A stretch of DNA of 64,000 nucleotides from Deinococcus sp. (GCA_965261005.1 OZ253375.1:2048001-2112000); one strand, 5' to 3'; numbered from the stretch's first letter, positions 50,783 through 61,921 are shown. Made by a program: numbers and translations. The notes: generated by a model from the letters alone, not told the origin.

Positions 50783-51781
50783 ATGTTGTACGACCTCGCC
50801 ATCGTCGGCGGCGGCCCGGTGGGCCTGGCCGCCGCCATCGCGGCCAAGCGCGCGAACCTCATCTACGTCGTTTTTGAAAAGGGCTGCGTGGTGAACGCCA
50901 TCTTCGACTACCCCACCTACATGACCTTTTTCACCACCGCGCCCGAGCTGGAAATCGGCGATCATCCCCTGGTCAGCCCGCGCGAAAAGCCCGACCGCAA
51001 GGAGGCGCTGATGTACTACCGCCTGGTCGCGCAGCGCGAGGCCCTCAACATCGAGCAGTACACCGAGGTGCTGAGGGTTGGGCGCGGCCCAAGCGGCTTC
51101 ACGCTGGAGGTGAACCGCAAGGACGGCGGAGACGATACCGTCGAGGCGCGGCGCGTGGTGGTGGCGACCGGTTACTTCGACAATCCCTTGCCGCTGAATA
51201 TCCCCGGCGAGGCGCGCGACAACGTCAGCCACTACTACACCGAGGCGCACCCCTTTTGGAACCTCAACGTCACCGTGATCGGCGCGGGCAACAGCGCCGC
51301 CGACGCCGCCCTGGACTTGTGGCGCGGCGGGGCGCGGGTCAGCATGGTCGTGCGGGCGCCGCACATCAAGACCACCGTGAAGTACTGGGTCAAGCCCGAC
51401 TTGGAGAACCGGATCAAGGAGGGCAGCGTCGCCGCACACTTCGAGAGCCAGGTGGTGGAGATCGCGGAGGAGTACGTCGTGGTGGAGAACAAGGACGGCG
51501 AGCGGTGGCAGCTGCCCACCGACTTCACCTTCGCCCTGACCGGCTACCGCCCCAACCTGAGCTTTCTCGCGGACCTGGGTCTCGCCGAGCACACCGACGG
51601 CTGCTTGGTGCTGGGCGACACCTTCGAGAGCAGCGTGCCGGGCCTGTACGTGGTGGGGTCGGCCGGCTTTGCGGGACGGACCAACCAAGTCTTTATCGAG
51701 AACGGGCGCGAGCACGCCCTGGGGGCGGTGGCCGACATCGCGGGGCAGCTGCGGGAGACGGCGCCTCAGGTTCTGACGTAA
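50783..51781 (+). CDS. ypdA: YpdA-family putative bacillithiol disulfide reductase
   Basis: [41 protein letters not shown] and FIENGR.H motifs. Confidence 0.93.
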   Translation: MLYDLAIVGGGPVGLAAAIAAKRANLIYVVFEKGCVVNAIFDYPTYMTFFTTAPELEIGDHPLVSPREKPDRKEALMYYRLVAQREALNIEQYTEVLRVGRGPSGFTLEVNRKDGGDDTVEARRVVVATGYFDNPLPLNIPGEARDNVSHYYTEAHPFWNLNVTVIGAGNSAADAALDLWRGGARVSMVVRAPHIKTTVKYWVKPDLENRIKEGSVAAHFESQVVEIAEEYVVVENKDGERWQLPTDFTFALTGYRPNLSFLADLGLAEHTDGCLVLGDTFESSVPGLYVVGSAGFAGRTNQVFIENGREHALGAVADIAGQLRETAPQVLT

Positions 51782-52926
51782 GGATCGTAGAGCTTGCGGT
51801 ACTCCTCCATCGCGTAGCGGTCGGTCATGCCGGCCAGGTAGTCGCACACCGCGCGCTCCAAGCCGAACTGCTTTTCGCGCTCCCGGACGCTGGGCGGCAG
51901 CATGGCGGGCCGCTTCAGGTAGGCCCCGAACAAGGTGGTCAGGAAGTGGTCGGCCTTGTGAACCTGCCGGACCACCCGGTAGTTGCTGTACAGGCAGGTG
52001 AACAAAAAGTGCTTGAGGTCGGTGAGCAGGTCGTGCACTTCCCCGGTGTGGCCGATCAGGGGCGCCCCGTGGCGACGCACCTCGGCCAGGGACGTGATCC
52101 CCGCCGCCCCGATGCGGCGGTTGCTCTCGGAAATCAGGTCGCCGATCATCCAGCCCAGCAGTTCGCGGATCAGGACGCGCCGCTCGCGCTCCGTGATGTG
52201 GATGGCGTCAAACCCGAGCTGGTCGGTCAGTCGGTCCCACACCGCCAGGCCCACGAGGTCGCGCGGCGTGATCAGGCCGCTGCGCAAACCGTCGTCGAGG
52301 TCGTGGGCGTTGTAGGCCGTCTCGTCGGCGACGTTGGCGATCTGCGCCTCCAAGCTGGGGCGCCAGGTCGGCTCGTACTCGGGCATGTCCTGGGTCTCGG
52401 GGGAGTCGTAAATGGTCTCGTGCTTGACGATGCCCTCCAGCGTCTCCCAAGTGAGGTTCAGGCCCTGAAACCCCTCGTAGCGCTCCTCCAGCCGGGTCAC
52501 GATGCGCAAACTCTGGCGGTTGTGCTCGAAGCCGCCGTGCCCTGCCATCAGGCCGTTCAGGATGCGCTCGCCCGCGTGCCCGAAGGGGGGATGCCCGAGG
52601 TCGTGCGCGAGGGCGATGGTCTCCGACAAGGTCTCGTTGAGGCCCAGCGCCACCGCCAGCGAGCGCGCCACCTGTGCCACCTCCAGCGTGTGGGTCAGGC
52701 GGGTGCGGTAATAATCCCCCTCGTAGTTCACGAACACCTGGGTCTTGTACTCCAGGCGGCGAAAGGCGGTGGTGTGCAGCACCCGGTCGCGGTCCTTTTG
52801 GTAGGGGGTGCGCCAGGTGCTCTCGGCCTCCCCATAGCGCCGCCCGCGCGACCCGTCCGAGAAGGTCGCGTAGGGGGCGAGGTCGGCGCGCTCGCGGGCC
52901 ATCAGCATCTCGCGGGAAAAGAGCAT
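51766..52926 (-). CDS. dgt: Deoxyguanosinetriphosphate triphosphohydrolase
   Basis: [28 protein letters not shown] and [13 protein letters not shown] motifs. Confidence 0.95.
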   Translation of the reverse strand: MLFSREMLMARERADLAPYATFSDGSRGRRYGEAESTWRTPYQKDRDRVLHTTAFRRLEYKTQVFVNYEGDYYRTRLTHTLEVAQVARSLAVALGLNETLSETIALAHDLGHPPFGHAGERILNGLMAGHGGFEHNRQSLRIVTRLEERYEGFQGLNLTWETLEGIVKHETIYDSPETQDMPEYEPTWRPSLEAQIANVADETAYNAHDLDDGLRSGLITPRDLVGLAVWDRLTDQLGFDAIHITERERRVLIRELLGWMIGDLISESNRRIGAAGITSLAEVRRHGAPLIGHTGEVHDLLTDLKHFLFTCLYSNYRVVRQVHKADHFLTTLFGAYLKRPAMLPPSVREREKQFGLERAVCDYLAGMTDRYAMEEYRKLYDPYVRT

Positions 52927-52935
52927 GAAGGCAGC

Positions 52936-53063
52936 TTAAAGCAGTTGCCGGAAGGATTGAGCGCCTTTCAATCCTTCCCGAGTGGAACGAGCAGCAATAG
53001 GAGAGCGTTCGGGCGTGGAGTGGAGCGGGCGAAGCCGCGTAGCGGAACGGACAAACGCTCTCA
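52936..53063. repeat. SNR-like element (same family as 28712-28888 and the tnpB host repeat)
   Basis: TTAAAGCAGTTGCCG...CGGACAAACGCTCTCA ends; CCCGAGTGGAACGAG module. Confidence 0.75.
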
Positions 53064-53192
53064 GCGGGCCGGGGAACCTTCAGCGCCCCACGCGCGTAAG
53101 ATGGATTGAGGACACGGCCGCCGTTTCCGGCCGTCCCACCGCTCCGGCGCCCCCATCTCTGCCCACGGCGCCCGCCCCCTTCCGAGGCCCGC

Positions 53193-53954
53193 ATGTTCTT
53201 CTTATTTCCCCTGCTCTTCTTCGGCTTTTTCGTGCTGATGGTCAAAAACCGCAGCTTCAGGCGCGGCTTTGGCAGGGTCGCCCTGTTCGCGCTGCTGATT
53301 CCTGCCTTGCTCTTCGCCAGCGCTCGAACGCTGCCAGTATTCGTTGGCGCGCTGAGCGAATTGACGCCCGTTTTGATCGCCCTGGCGGTGGTCTACCTCG
53401 TCTTCGTCGCGCCCGCGCGCCGGGGGGTGCCTGTGGCGGCCCGCAGGGTGCGCCCCAGCCTCGCGCCCGAAGTGCCAGAGCGCCCCGCCGAGCTGCCGCG
53501 CGCCGAGAGCGCCCAAACGGCGCCCGACGACGTGGCGCAGGTTCGGCTACAACTGAACTTGCTGCTGGTCCGGGCCTCTGGCAAGCTGCCGGCGGACCTG
53601 ATGGACCGTCTGGCGCGGGTGCGCGACGCCATCACCGACGCCCTCAAGCTGGCCCGCGAGGACGACCTGCTGAGCGCGGAGGCTTACGACGCGCGTGAGG
53701 CGGCGACCGAGTACCTGCCCACCGCCGTGAACGCCTACATCGCCTTGCCGCGCGCCTACGCCGAGGGCACCCCAGTTCAGGACGGCAAGACCAGCCGGGA
53801 ACTGTTGCTGGAGCAGTTCGACTTGATCGAGAACGCCATGCGCGCCGTCGTGGACGGCCGCGCCCGCGCCGAGGCCGAGAAGCTGGCGGTGCAGGGCCGC
53901 TTTCTGCGCGAAAAATTTCCCGCCCGCCCGCGTGACTTCGAGGTAGAGGCGTGA
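53193..53954 (+). CDS. Membrane protein, XpaC-like partner of TelA
   Basis: N-terminal TM helices; EYLP...AY..LP and GRFLREKF motifs. GTGA overlap with the telA-like gene. Confidence 0.65.
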   Translation: MFFLFPLLFFGFFVLMVKNRSFRRGFGRVALFALLIPALLFASARTLPVFVGALSELTPVLIALAVVYLVFVAPARRGVPVAARRVRPSLAPEVPERPAELPRAESAQTAPDDVAQVRLQLNLLLVRASGKLPADLMDRLARVRDAITDALKLAREDDLLSAEAYDAREAATEYLPTAVNAYIALPRAYAEGTPVQDGKTSRELLLEQFDLIENAMRAVVDGRARAEAEKLAVQGRFLREKFPARPRDFEVEA

Positions 53955-55165
53955 CCAAGCTCGAACCCCCCCAGGGCCTGCCTTCCGATGACCTGACCGT
54001 GCCCCAGGCGCCCACACCCGTTCAAGCTGAGGGCAGCATGAACATGATCGACCCCGCTCCCGGCGTGCAGGAAAAGCTGGACCAGCAGGTGGACGCCTTT
54101 CTGAAAACCATTCTGGAGCAGGACGCGCACGGCGACACCTTTCAGCAAAAGGTGCAGGCCGTTCACGACCTCGGCAGCGCCGAGATTCGAGCCTCGGCTG
54201 GGGTCAGCAACCGCCTGTTGGAGCGCAGCGTGGCGGCGGCGAAGGGCGGCAACGACTCGGCGGGGAGCGTCACCAAGAGCCTGCTCGACCTGCGCAAAAC
54301 CGTCGAGGACCTCGATCCCGCCCGCGAAAGCAACCTGGGCCGGCGCTTTTTGGGGATCATTCCCAAGGGCGGCAAGGTGCGCGACTACTTTCTGCGCTAC
54401 CAAAGCGCGCAGGGGCACCTGAACGCCATTCTGGAGACGCTGTACCGCTCGCGCGACGAGCTGCGCAAGGACAACGCCGCCATCGAGCAGGAAAAGGCCA
54501 ACCTGTGGGCCATAATGCAGAAGCTGCGCGGCTTCGCGTACATCGGGCAAAAGCTCGACGAACGCTTATCGGGCCGCATCGACGAGATCGAGGCCCGCGA
54601 TCCCGAAAAGGCGCGCGTGGTGCGCGAGGAGATGCTGTTCTACGTCCGGCAAAAGGTGCAGGACCTGCTGACTCAGCTGGCCGTGAGCGTGCAGGGCTAC
54701 CTGGCGCTCGACCTCGTGCGCAAAAACAACTTGGAGCTGATCAAGGGCGTGGACCGCGCCACCACCACGACCGTCAGTGCGCTGCGCACCGCCGTGATGG
54801 TCAGCCAGGCGCTGGCGAGCCAGAAGCTGGTCCTGGACCAGATCGGGGCGCTGAACACCACCACCAGCAACCTGATCGAGTCCACCAGCGCCCTTTTAAA
54901 ACAGCAAACCGCCGACATTCATCAGCAGGCCGCCGGCAGCACCGTCAACCTGGAGAGCTTGCAACGCGCCTTTCAGAACGTCTACGACACGTTGGACGCC
55001 GTCAGCCGCTACAAGCTGGAGGCGCTCGGACAGCTTCAGCAGAACGTGAGCGTGCTGGGCAACATGGTCGAGGGCGCCCAGAAGCACCTCGACCGGGTGC
55101 GCGGCGAGACGGTGCGCGAGGCGACGAGAGCGCTGGAGCGCCCCGAAGACTTCAAGGTGGAGTAG
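53951..55165 (+). CDS. Toxic anion resistance protein (TelA family)
   Basis: YF.RYQSAQ, DELRKDNA and QGYLALDLVRKNNLELIKGVDRA motifs. Confidence 0.9.
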   Translation: MTKLEPPQGLPSDDLTVPQAPTPVQAEGSMNMIDPAPGVQEKLDQQVDAFLKTILEQDAHGDTFQQKVQAVHDLGSAEIRASAGVSNRLLERSVAAAKGGNDSAGSVTKSLLDLRKTVEDLDPARESNLGRRFLGIIPKGGKVRDYFLRYQSAQGHLNAILETLYRSRDELRKDNAAIEQEKANLWAIMQKLRGFAYIGQKLDERLSGRIDEIEARDPEKARVVREEMLFYVRQKVQDLLTQLAVSVQGYLALDLVRKNNLELIKGVDRATTTTVSALRTAVMVSQALASQKLVLDQIGALNTTTSNLIESTSALLKQQTADIHQQAAGSTVNLESLQRAFQNVYDTLDAVSRYKLEALGQLQQNVSVLGNMVEGAQKHLDRVRGETVREATRALERPEDFKVE

Positions 55166-55186
55166 CGCGGGCTTAGACTGCCGGTC

Positions 55187-56131
55187 ATGCCCCGACCGAT
55201 CATCCTCGATTGCGATCCCGGCCACGACGACGCCGTGGCGTTGCTGTTGGCCCTGGCCTCGCCGGAGCTGGACCTGCTGGCCGTCACCGTCACCCACGGC
55301 AACGTGCCGCTCTCGCGCACCCTGCACAACGCGCTAAGCGTGTGCAAACTCGCCGGCAGCGGCGTGCCGGTGTACGCCGGCGCCGACCGGCCCCTGTTGC
55401 GGGAAGCCCTGCACGCGCGCCACGTTCACGGTGAGAGCGGCCTGGGCGACGTGGTCTTGCCGCCGCCCGATCGGGGACCGTCACCCGGCCGCGCCGCCGA
55501 CGTGCTGATCGAGACGGCCCTCGCGCGGCCCGGCGAGCTGACGCTGGTGGCGACCGGCCCGCTGACGAACGTGGCCCTGGCCTTGCGCTTGGAGCCGAAG
55601 CTGGCGGGAACCCTGCGCGAGATCGTGCTGATGGGCGGCAGCGCCGGGAACGGCAACGTCACCCCCGCCGCCGAATTCAACTTCTACGCCGACCCGCACG
55701 CGGCGCGCGTGGTATTCGAGTCGGGCGCCCGGATCACGATGTTCGGCCTGAACGCCACGGCGCAGGTGCCGGTGACGGGGAAGCGCGCCGCTCAATTGCG
55801 CGCCGTGAACAACCCGCAGGCCACCGCCGCCGCCGACATGCTGGACGACTATTTGAGGCGGCTTGAGGAGCGCGGCCTCGGTTCGGACGGCAGCCTGCAC
55901 GACCCCTGCACAGTGGCCTACCTGCTGCGGCCGGACTTGTTCGGGGTGCAGGAGACCTTCGTGGAGATTGACGCCGAGGGGGGGCCGGATTTTGGGCGCT
56001 CGCTGTGCGACCTGGGGAACGTGCTGGGAAGGGAACCCAACGCGCAAGTCGCCGTGGGCGCCGACGCGGACGGCGTCTACGACCTGCTGGCCCAGGCCCT
56101 CGCGCGCTACGGGAACGCCGCGCTACAGTGA
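55187..56131 (+). CDS. Nucleoside hydrolase
   Basis: DCDPGHDD, HGESG, TGPLTN, AEFN..ADP and LHDP motifs. Confidence 0.95.
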   Translation: MPRPIILDCDPGHDDAVALLLALASPELDLLAVTVTHGNVPLSRTLHNALSVCKLAGSGVPVYAGADRPLLREALHARHVHGESGLGDVVLPPPDRGPSPGRAADVLIETALARPGELTLVATGPLTNVALALRLEPKLAGTLREIVLMGGSAGNGNVTPAAEFNFYADPHAARVVFESGARITMFGLNATAQVPVTGKRAAQLRAVNNPQATAAADMLDDYLRRLEERGLGSDGSLHDPCTVAYLLRPDLFGVQETFVEIDAEGGPDFGRSLCDLGNVLGREPNAQVAVGADADGVYDLLAQALARYGNAALQ

Positions 56132-56138
56132 GAAGCGC

Positions 56139-56225
56139 GCCGGGGTGGCGAAATCGGTAGACGCAACAGACTTAAAATCTGTCGGGCGCAAGCCCATGCG
56201 GGTTCAAGCCCCGTCCCCGGCACCA
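56139..56225 (+). tRNA. tRNA-Leu(TAA)
   Basis: 87-nt cloverleaf with long variable arm, anticodon loop CTTAAAA and CCA end. Confidence 0.97.
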
Positions 56226-56339
56226 GAAAGTTGTTGAGCACGGCAAAAGTCCTCTCCAACTCCCCTGCGGAGCGCAAAGGGTCGGGAACAGCTGCTTGCG
56301 TGCTACAAAACTGAGACGATGGTGTACCAGCCTGCCCGC

Positions 56340-56870
56340 ATGTTGCCCGCCGCCGAACTCGTTCACCACCTGCGCGCCCATCATCCGGCCGACCTTGAAG
56401 AGGCCGAATCTCTGTCGCAAACGCTCGCCTTGCTGGGCGCGCACCCCGACCCCTTCACGCGCACTGCCTTTACCCCCGGCCACCTGACCGCCTCGGCGCT
56501 GCTGCTCAGCCGGGATGGCGCTCGGGTGGGCCTGATTTGGCATACCAAGCTGGGGAGGCTGCTTCAGCCGGGCGGGCACGTCGAGCCTGGGGACGCGAGC
56601 TTGTGGCATACCGCCCTGCGCGAGCTGTGCGAGGAGACCGGGCTGAGCGGAGATGAGGTGATCCCGCTGGGCAAGGCGCCGCTGGACCTGGACGTTCACG
56701 ACATTCCCGCTCGGGGAGACGAGGGCGCCCACCGACACTTCGACGTGCGCTACGGCTTTCGGTTGAACCACAAGCGGAACGTGCCCCCCGTGACCTGGCT
56801 GGCGCCGGCCGACTTGCCGGAAGTGAATTTGCGCCGCGCCGCCGCCAAGCTGACACGGCCTAGAGGTTAA
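56340..56870 (+). CDS. NUDIX hydrolase
   Basis: GHLTASA, QPGGHVE...ALRELCEETG and HFDVRY motifs. Confidence 0.9.
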   Translation: MLPAAELVHHLRAHHPADLEEAESLSQTLALLGAHPDPFTRTAFTPGHLTASALLLSRDGARVGLIWHTKLGRLLQPGGHVEPGDASLWHTALRELCEETGLSGDEVIPLGKAPLDLDVHDIPARGDEGAHRHFDVRYGFRLNHKRNVPPVTWLAPADLPEVNLRRAAAKLTRPRG

Positions 56871-56896
56871 AGCGGATGGGTTAAGCTGTCGCCACC

Positions 56897-57478
56897 ATGC
56901 TCAAGCTGCGCGCCCTTGCCGGTGTTCTCGTTCTGTGTTGCTCGTGCGCGCCCAGGGCGCAGCTTGCGGGCGCTCAGACGGTTCCAGTTCAGACGCCCCT
57001 TGTTCAGGCGGCCCCCGACCAACCCATCTCTGACCAAACCGCGCTGGCCCAGCCTGTCACGGCCCCTGTCAGCTACGAGGCGCAGCTGTTCGCGCGCATC
57101 AACCAGCTGCGCGCCCAAGGTTACTTATGCCCGACCGGCTGGCACCCCCCGGTGGGGCCGCTCAGCTACGCGCCGGACAACGCCGCCGCCGCCCGGCAGC
57201 AGGCGCTTTACATGGCCGCCACCGGCAAGATCACCCACACCGGGTCGGACGGCAGCTCGCCGCGCGTGCGCGCCGCTGCATACGGCGTGCGCGCCGTGAG
57301 CGTGTCGGAGATCATCTACCTGAACGTGAGCGGCCCGGAAGAAAAGGCCGTGCAGTGGTGGTTGCACTCGGCCGTCCACTGCGACGTGCTAATGAACGCC
57401 CGCTACTTCTATGCCGGCGCCGCCGTGGTGCCGGGGCAACACGGTTTGGCGCAGGTGATGATGTTCAGCGGCAAGTGA
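56897..57478 (+). CDS. CAP/SCP-domain exported protein
   Basis: INQLRA, HTGSDGSSP..R and WLHS..HC motifs. Confidence 0.88.
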   Translation: MLKLRALAGVLVLCCSCAPRAQLAGAQTVPVQTPLVQAAPDQPISDQTALAQPVTAPVSYEAQLFARINQLRAQGYLCPTGWHPPVGPLSYAPDNAAAARQQALYMAATGKITHTGSDGSSPRVRAAAYGVRAVSVSEIIYLNVSGPEEKAVQWWLHSAVHCDVLMNARYFYAGAAVVPGQHGLAQVMMFSGK

Positions 57479-57496
57479 GCCGAGTAAGCTCATCCC

Positions 57497-58036
57497 ATGC
57501 CCCCCACCGTCCTGTCGGTCAGTTCCAGCCTCAGCCACAGCATGAGTAAGCCGCCGCGCCCCCATATCCGTCTGCTGGCCGGCGTGGGCGTGGAGGGCGA
57601 CGCCCACGCGGGCGCCACCGTGCAGCACCGCTCGCGGGCGGCCCAAGACCCAACCCAGCCCAACTTGCGTCAAGTTCACCTGATTCACGCCGAGCTGCTC
57701 GACGCCCTGAACGCGGCCGGCTTTGACCTCACCCCCGGTTTGATGGGCGAGAACGTCACCACGCGCGGCCTCGATGTGCTGGCCTTGCCGCGCGGGACAC
57801 GGCTGTACCTGGGCGGGGCCGTGCTGGAAGTGACCGGTTTGCGCAACCCCTGCGTCCAACTCGACGGCCTGCGGCCGGGGCTGATGGCGGCGGTGCTGGG
57901 CCGGGACGCGGCGGGCCACCTGGTTCGCAAGGCGGGCGTCATGGCGGTCGTGCTGGAAGGGGGCGGGGTGCGGCCCGGCGACGCCATCAAGGTGACGTTG
58001 CCGCAGGGGCCGCACGCGGCGCTGGAACGGGTGTAA
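57497..58036 (+). CDS. MOSC-domain protein
   Basis: GVEGDAH, GENVTT, GLRNPC and GGVRPGD motifs. Confidence 0.9.
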   Translation: MPPTVLSVSSSLSHSMSKPPRPHIRLLAGVGVEGDAHAGATVQHRSRAAQDPTQPNLRQVHLIHAELLDALNAAGFDLTPGLMGENVTTRGLDVLALPRGTRLYLGGAVLEVTGLRNPCVQLDGLRPGLMAAVLGRDAAGHLVRKAGVMAVVLEGGGVRPGDAIKVTLPQGPHAALERV

Positions 58037-58143
58037 CGGCCGCTTGTTATGCTGTCCCACGGGGGAGCTGCCTTAAACCAGCTGTATCCGGGCGCCCGTC
58101 TCGTGAGGTTGCGCTTCCGGCGCGCTGGTACAATCCCCTCAGC

Positions 58144-59358
58144 GTGGCCCCCCGCAACCCGTCCCCTTTTCAAGTGACGCCCCTGCGCGTGCCGTGGAAC
58201 GACCATTCCACGGTGCTGCGCCTACTCGCGCTGCTGGCGCTCAGCGACTTCGTGCGCACCGGCTTTTTGGTGCCGTACCTGAGCCTGACCGGCAAGGGCC
58301 TCTTCGTCGGCAGCGCCGCCGTCGGCCTGATTCTGGGCGCCAACTACCTGGCCGACGGCCTGGCCAAGGGTCCCATCGGCGTGCTGACCGAGCGCGTGGG
58401 CCTTGGGCGCATGGCCGTGCTGGGGGCGCTGGCGGGCAGCTTGGCGGTGTTCGCCTTGCCCAAGCTGTCCGTTCTCGCCGTCGCTGTGCTGCTCGCCTTC
58501 GCGTGGGGCCTGACCCTCAGCGCCCTGTGGCCCGGCGTGATGACGGCGGTCAGCCACTTCGCCAAGTCGGGCAAGCAGAGCCGGGCGCTGTCGTGGGCCA
58601 GCGTGGCCGCCGCGCCGGGGGTGGCGCTGGGCGCGCTGGGCATGGGCTTCGTGATGCAGCGCGTGCCCGAGCTGGGCTACCCGCTGCTGTTGGGCGCCCA
58701 AGTGACCGCCCTGCTGCTCTCGTTCAGCCTGATCGGGTTGAAGTTGCCCAGAACGGAACAGCACCAGATGGGCTTTCGCTGGCAGCGCGTGGCGGTTCTG
58801 ATTCCGGCCGCCTTCGCGCAGACGCTGGCGCCGGGCCTCTTGGTGACCATCTTTTACCCCTACCTGCGCTTGCTGAAGCTCTCGGTCGCCTCGCTGCTGC
58901 TGCCCGCCTTGCTGGCCGCCTTGGTGGGCCTGGTCGCCTTGCCGCTGGCCGGGCGCCTCGCCGACCGCTTTCACCCGCGCCTGGCCCTCTTGCCGGGCCT
59001 GCTGCTGCTGGCGTTCGCCTTCGCGCTGCTGGGCAGCCCCGGGGTGTCGGGCAAGCTGTGGGTGGTCGCCCCCATCGCGGGGCTGGCCTACGCCCTGTTT
59101 CTGACCGGCTGGAACGGCTTGGTGGCGCGCACCTTGCCGCAGGAGCACCGCGCCGCCGCCTGGGGCATTATTATGGCCATTGAGGCGCTGGGCTACGCCG
59201 TGGGGCCGATTCTGGGGGGCGCCATGTGGGACCGCTTTGGGCCACCGGGGCCGTTCTGGCTGGGGGCGGTTATGCTGGCGCTGGTCCAGCTGTACTACCT
59301 GTTGCCGTGGCGCGCCCGCGTGCGAGACATGCAGTCCGCGCCCAAGCCCGAAGCATGA
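58144..59358 (+). CDS. MFS transporter
   Basis: About 12 TM segments; GRLADR and GP.LGG motifs. Confidence 0.88.
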   Translation: MAPRNPSPFQVTPLRVPWNDHSTVLRLLALLALSDFVRTGFLVPYLSLTGKGLFVGSAAVGLILGANYLADGLAKGPIGVLTERVGLGRMAVLGALAGSLAVFALPKLSVLAVAVLLAFAWGLTLSALWPGVMTAVSHFAKSGKQSRALSWASVAAAPGVALGALGMGFVMQRVPELGYPLLLGAQVTALLLSFSLIGLKLPRTEQHQMGFRWQRVAVLIPAAFAQTLAPGLLVTIFYPYLRLLKLSVASLLLPALLAALVGLVALPLAGRLADRFHPRLALLPGLLLLAFAFALLGSPGVSGKLWVVAPIAGLAYALFLTGWNGLVARTLPQEHRAAAWGIIMAIEALGYAVGPILGGAMWDRFGPPGPFWLGAVMLALVQLYYLLPWRARVRDMQSAPKPEA

Positions 59359-59428
59359 AGTCGTCTTTAGGTCAGCTGGCCACGTCGCCTCGTGGGCGCT
59401 GAAAGGCTATGTTCATGACCAAAACGTT

Positions 59429-59618
59429 CATGACCCAAGCAGAGGACCAACCGTCCGGCGCCCCGCCCATCACCAGCGACCCCGCCGACCGCTCTCCCGC
59501 CGACGGCGGCGACATGAGCCACGCCGACCGCGAGGAGCGCGGCAAGGCCCCGCACGTGGACCCCGCCGACAAAGACCAGCCCGCCGAGGGTGGGCGTGAG
59601 GAGGGAGCGACCCCGTGA
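59429..59618 (+). CDS. Small acidic hydrophilic protein
   Basis: D/E/P/G-rich ORF ending DQPAEGGREE. Start uncertain (59409-59430). Confidence 0.55.
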
Positions 59619-59845
59619 GTGACCCCACCGGCGACCCCAACAAAAAGGTGCAGACCGTGAACCCCGACGAAACCAGCACCAACGACGACCCGCGCGAGGA
59701 CCAGCACGCGACCCCCCCATACGATCCCCCCAAGGGCGCCGAGCAGGCCGACCGCGCCGACGCCCAAGCTGACGGCACCAGCTCGCTGCACTACGGCGCC
59801 AACGACCCGGCCACCTGGGAGGATCAAAAGCGGGACGAAGGGTGA
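59615..59845 (+). CDS. Small acidic hydrophilic protein
   Basis: GTGA overlap with the previous gene; GGAGGGAG RBS. Confidence 0.55.
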   Translation: MSDPTGDPNKKVQTVNPDETSTNDDPREDQHATPPYDPPKGAEQADRADAQADGTSSLHYGANDPATWEDQKRDEG

Positions 59846-59991
59846 TCGTCAGTTTTTCGTAAGGCACTATAAGACAGCACACACTCTTTCGGGGACAAAC
59901 TTAAGCGTTTTTTGTGCAGACCTAAAGACTGTGGGCGATGAAGAGGTTGGGCGCGGCGGCGAAGCTTAGGGTGACCCCAGGAGGTCAGAAT

Positions 59992-60309
59992 ATGAACAGT
60001 CAACTTCAGCAGACCCTCGACGCCGCCCAAGGCGGCCTCACCAGCATCGACCCGGCCACCGCCGCCGCCAACGTGCGCTCGTGGCAGGCCACCTTGTCGG
60101 GCGCCAACTTTCCCGGTGCCCAGCAGCTCAACAGCGACTTGTCGCAGCTCGCCACGGCGCTGGAGTCGGGTGACCTGACCGGCGCCGGCCCGCTGCTGTC
60201 GCGCCTCGGCAGCAGCACCTCCTCGGCCGCCTCGGCCGCTCCCTCGGAGGATCAGGACGGGCTGCAACAGCTCGGCAGCGCCCTGAGCGACGCTGGCAGC
60301 CAGCTGTAA
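59992..60309 (+). CDS. Hypothetical protein
   Basis: AGGAGG RBS; followed by a terminator hairpin at 60321-60361. Confidence 0.7.
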   Translation: MNSQLQQTLDAAQGGLTSIDPATAAANVRSWQATLSGANFPGAQQLNSDLSQLATALESGDLTGAGPLLSRLGSSTSSAASAAPSEDQDGLQQLGSALSDAGSQL

Positions 60310-60433
60310 ACCTACTGTTGAGGGAACGCGGAGGCTCCGGCCTTCGCGTTCCCTTGTTTTTACAGAAAGACAGGTCTTACGAACAAGCGGGCTGAACGGT
60401 TCTTGCCGATTGCATTTCGTGAATTACCGAGTT

Positions 60434-61921
60434 TCAGTGCGAGGAACACGTGGAGCCGGCAACCAAGTCAAGTTCGCTCCCAGATTCGTGGGTGAGCGCA
60501 ATGTAAGCGCGCGCCCGGCTCCAATTCCAAGTGCGCGCTCCGCAAGGACGTTGGCGCACTTGTTCGGCGAGCGTTCGCAGCACGAAACGCCGCGCCTGCG
60601 GCGCTTCCCGTGTCGCGCTCAATACAAGGGGCCAGGCGTCGGCGCCGACTTGCGTGAGGTACCCAAGATCGGGCGGAAAGTAAGCTTGGTCGGGCGCCTG
60701 TGTGGAAAGAACTCGCCCGATGTTGACGCCGGCGATCAGGTGCGCCGGATTGACGACGTTGAGCGCGGCCACCGCACCGAGTCCAAGAACCAGCGCGCCG
60801 AGCGCGAAGCGTTGGTACCGCCCTAGGAGCATGGTCAGGACGAGCCAGGCCAAGGCACCCCCAATCCACGCCATAAACGTGAGAGCCAACACGCGCTCTT
60901 CCGTGAGTCCGTAGACACCCACGTAGAGCAACATGCGCCGCCAGGCGGAAAGCAACATGACCCCAACCAATACGGCGATCACCACGCAGGGACCGCCGAA
61001 AAGCCGGCTTTCCCGCGCCCCAGGCGTGAGAAAGTGACGCGCCCCGAGGAGCAACGCCACCACCAACGAAGCGACCGTCAGCAGTTCGAAAAATCCCCGG
61101 CGGGCGTACTCCGCATAGGTGAGTCCGGTCAGGGCCGTGACCTGCGCGTGCCCACCAAAAAAGTAAGCGAACTGCACCGCGATAAAGGCCATGAACAGCG
61201 TGGCGACGCTGCCCAGCACAATGCCAGTTTCGGTCAACCCGAGGCGCCCGGCGCCCGGCGGCGGTTCAGCCTGCCCAGGCGCGAGCAGGCCGAGGTACAG
61301 CAGGCCCGCCGACGCCCACGACCACAGCAGTGTCGTCCACGAGCTTTTCCACAAGGCTGCCAGGTCCCAGCTGAGCAGGTTGGACAACAAAAAGCCGAAA
61401 GCCGCGTCCGCCGAGGCGAGCAGGGCGCCGAAGACCGTGAGGATGGGCGCGGCGAGCAGCACGCCGCGCAATACCTTTACGGAGCGTTCGTGCCTCATAC
61501 GGCTGAGCGACGTTTGCCAAGCCGTGCCGAAGAGCAGCGCGAGGGCGCCTCCACACGCCAACCCGGCGGCGCGGGCCATCAGCTGAACGAGCCTGACGGG
61601 ACCGGCCGAACTCAGCCCCAGCGCGAGCACCACGCACAAAGTGTTTAAGAACGTGAGCAGGGGCGAGTCACGCCACGCCAACAGCGCCGCGAAGCCGCAC
61701 GCCGCGCCAAGACACAGCCGACCTCCGCGCGAAATCGGCGCGCGCCACGCCCGCGCCAAGGCGAGCGCAGTTCCCACGACGAGCGCGCAGGCCATCAAGG
61801 CGTTCAGCCCCAGCGCGGCGGCAACGAGCAAAATCGGCGCGGCGCGCGCGGCGGGCAGCAGCGCCCGGCCCCCACCGCGTGGGGCCGTGTTCGGCGTGGA
61901 GGAGTCCGCGTCGCCGTTCAT
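60434..61921 (-). CDS. DUF4153/DUF4173 membrane protein
   Basis: LLASADAAF, TYAEYARRGFFEL and RM.LYV..YGLT..R motifs. Confidence 0.85.
   Translation of the reverse strand: MNGDADSSTPNTAPRGGGRALLPAARAAPILLVAAALGLNALMACALVVGTALALARAWRAPISRGGRLCLGAACGFAALLAWRDSPLLTFLNTLCVVLALGLSSAGPVRLVQLMARAAGLACGGALALLFGTAWQTSLSRMRHERSVKVLRGVLLAAPILTVFGALLASADAAFGFLLSNLLSWDLAALWKSSWTTLLWSWASAGLLYLGLLAPGQAEPPPGAGRLGLTETGIVLGSVATLFMAFIAVQFAYFFGGHAQVTALTGLTYAEYARRGFFELLTVASLVVALLLGARHFLTPGARESRLFGGPCVVIAVLVGVMLLSAWRRMLLYVGVYGLTEERVLALTFMAWIGGALAWLVLTMLLGRYQRFALGALVLGLGAVAALNVVNPAHLIAGVNIGRVLSTQAPDQAYFPPDLGYLTQVGADAWPLVLSATREAPQARRFVLRTLAEQVRQRPCGARTWNWSRARAYIALTHESGSELDLVAGSTCSSH

Noticed and set aside
56139..56340. 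tRNA-Leu as an integration site
   Set aside because: No integrase, att duplicate or compositional shift downstream.
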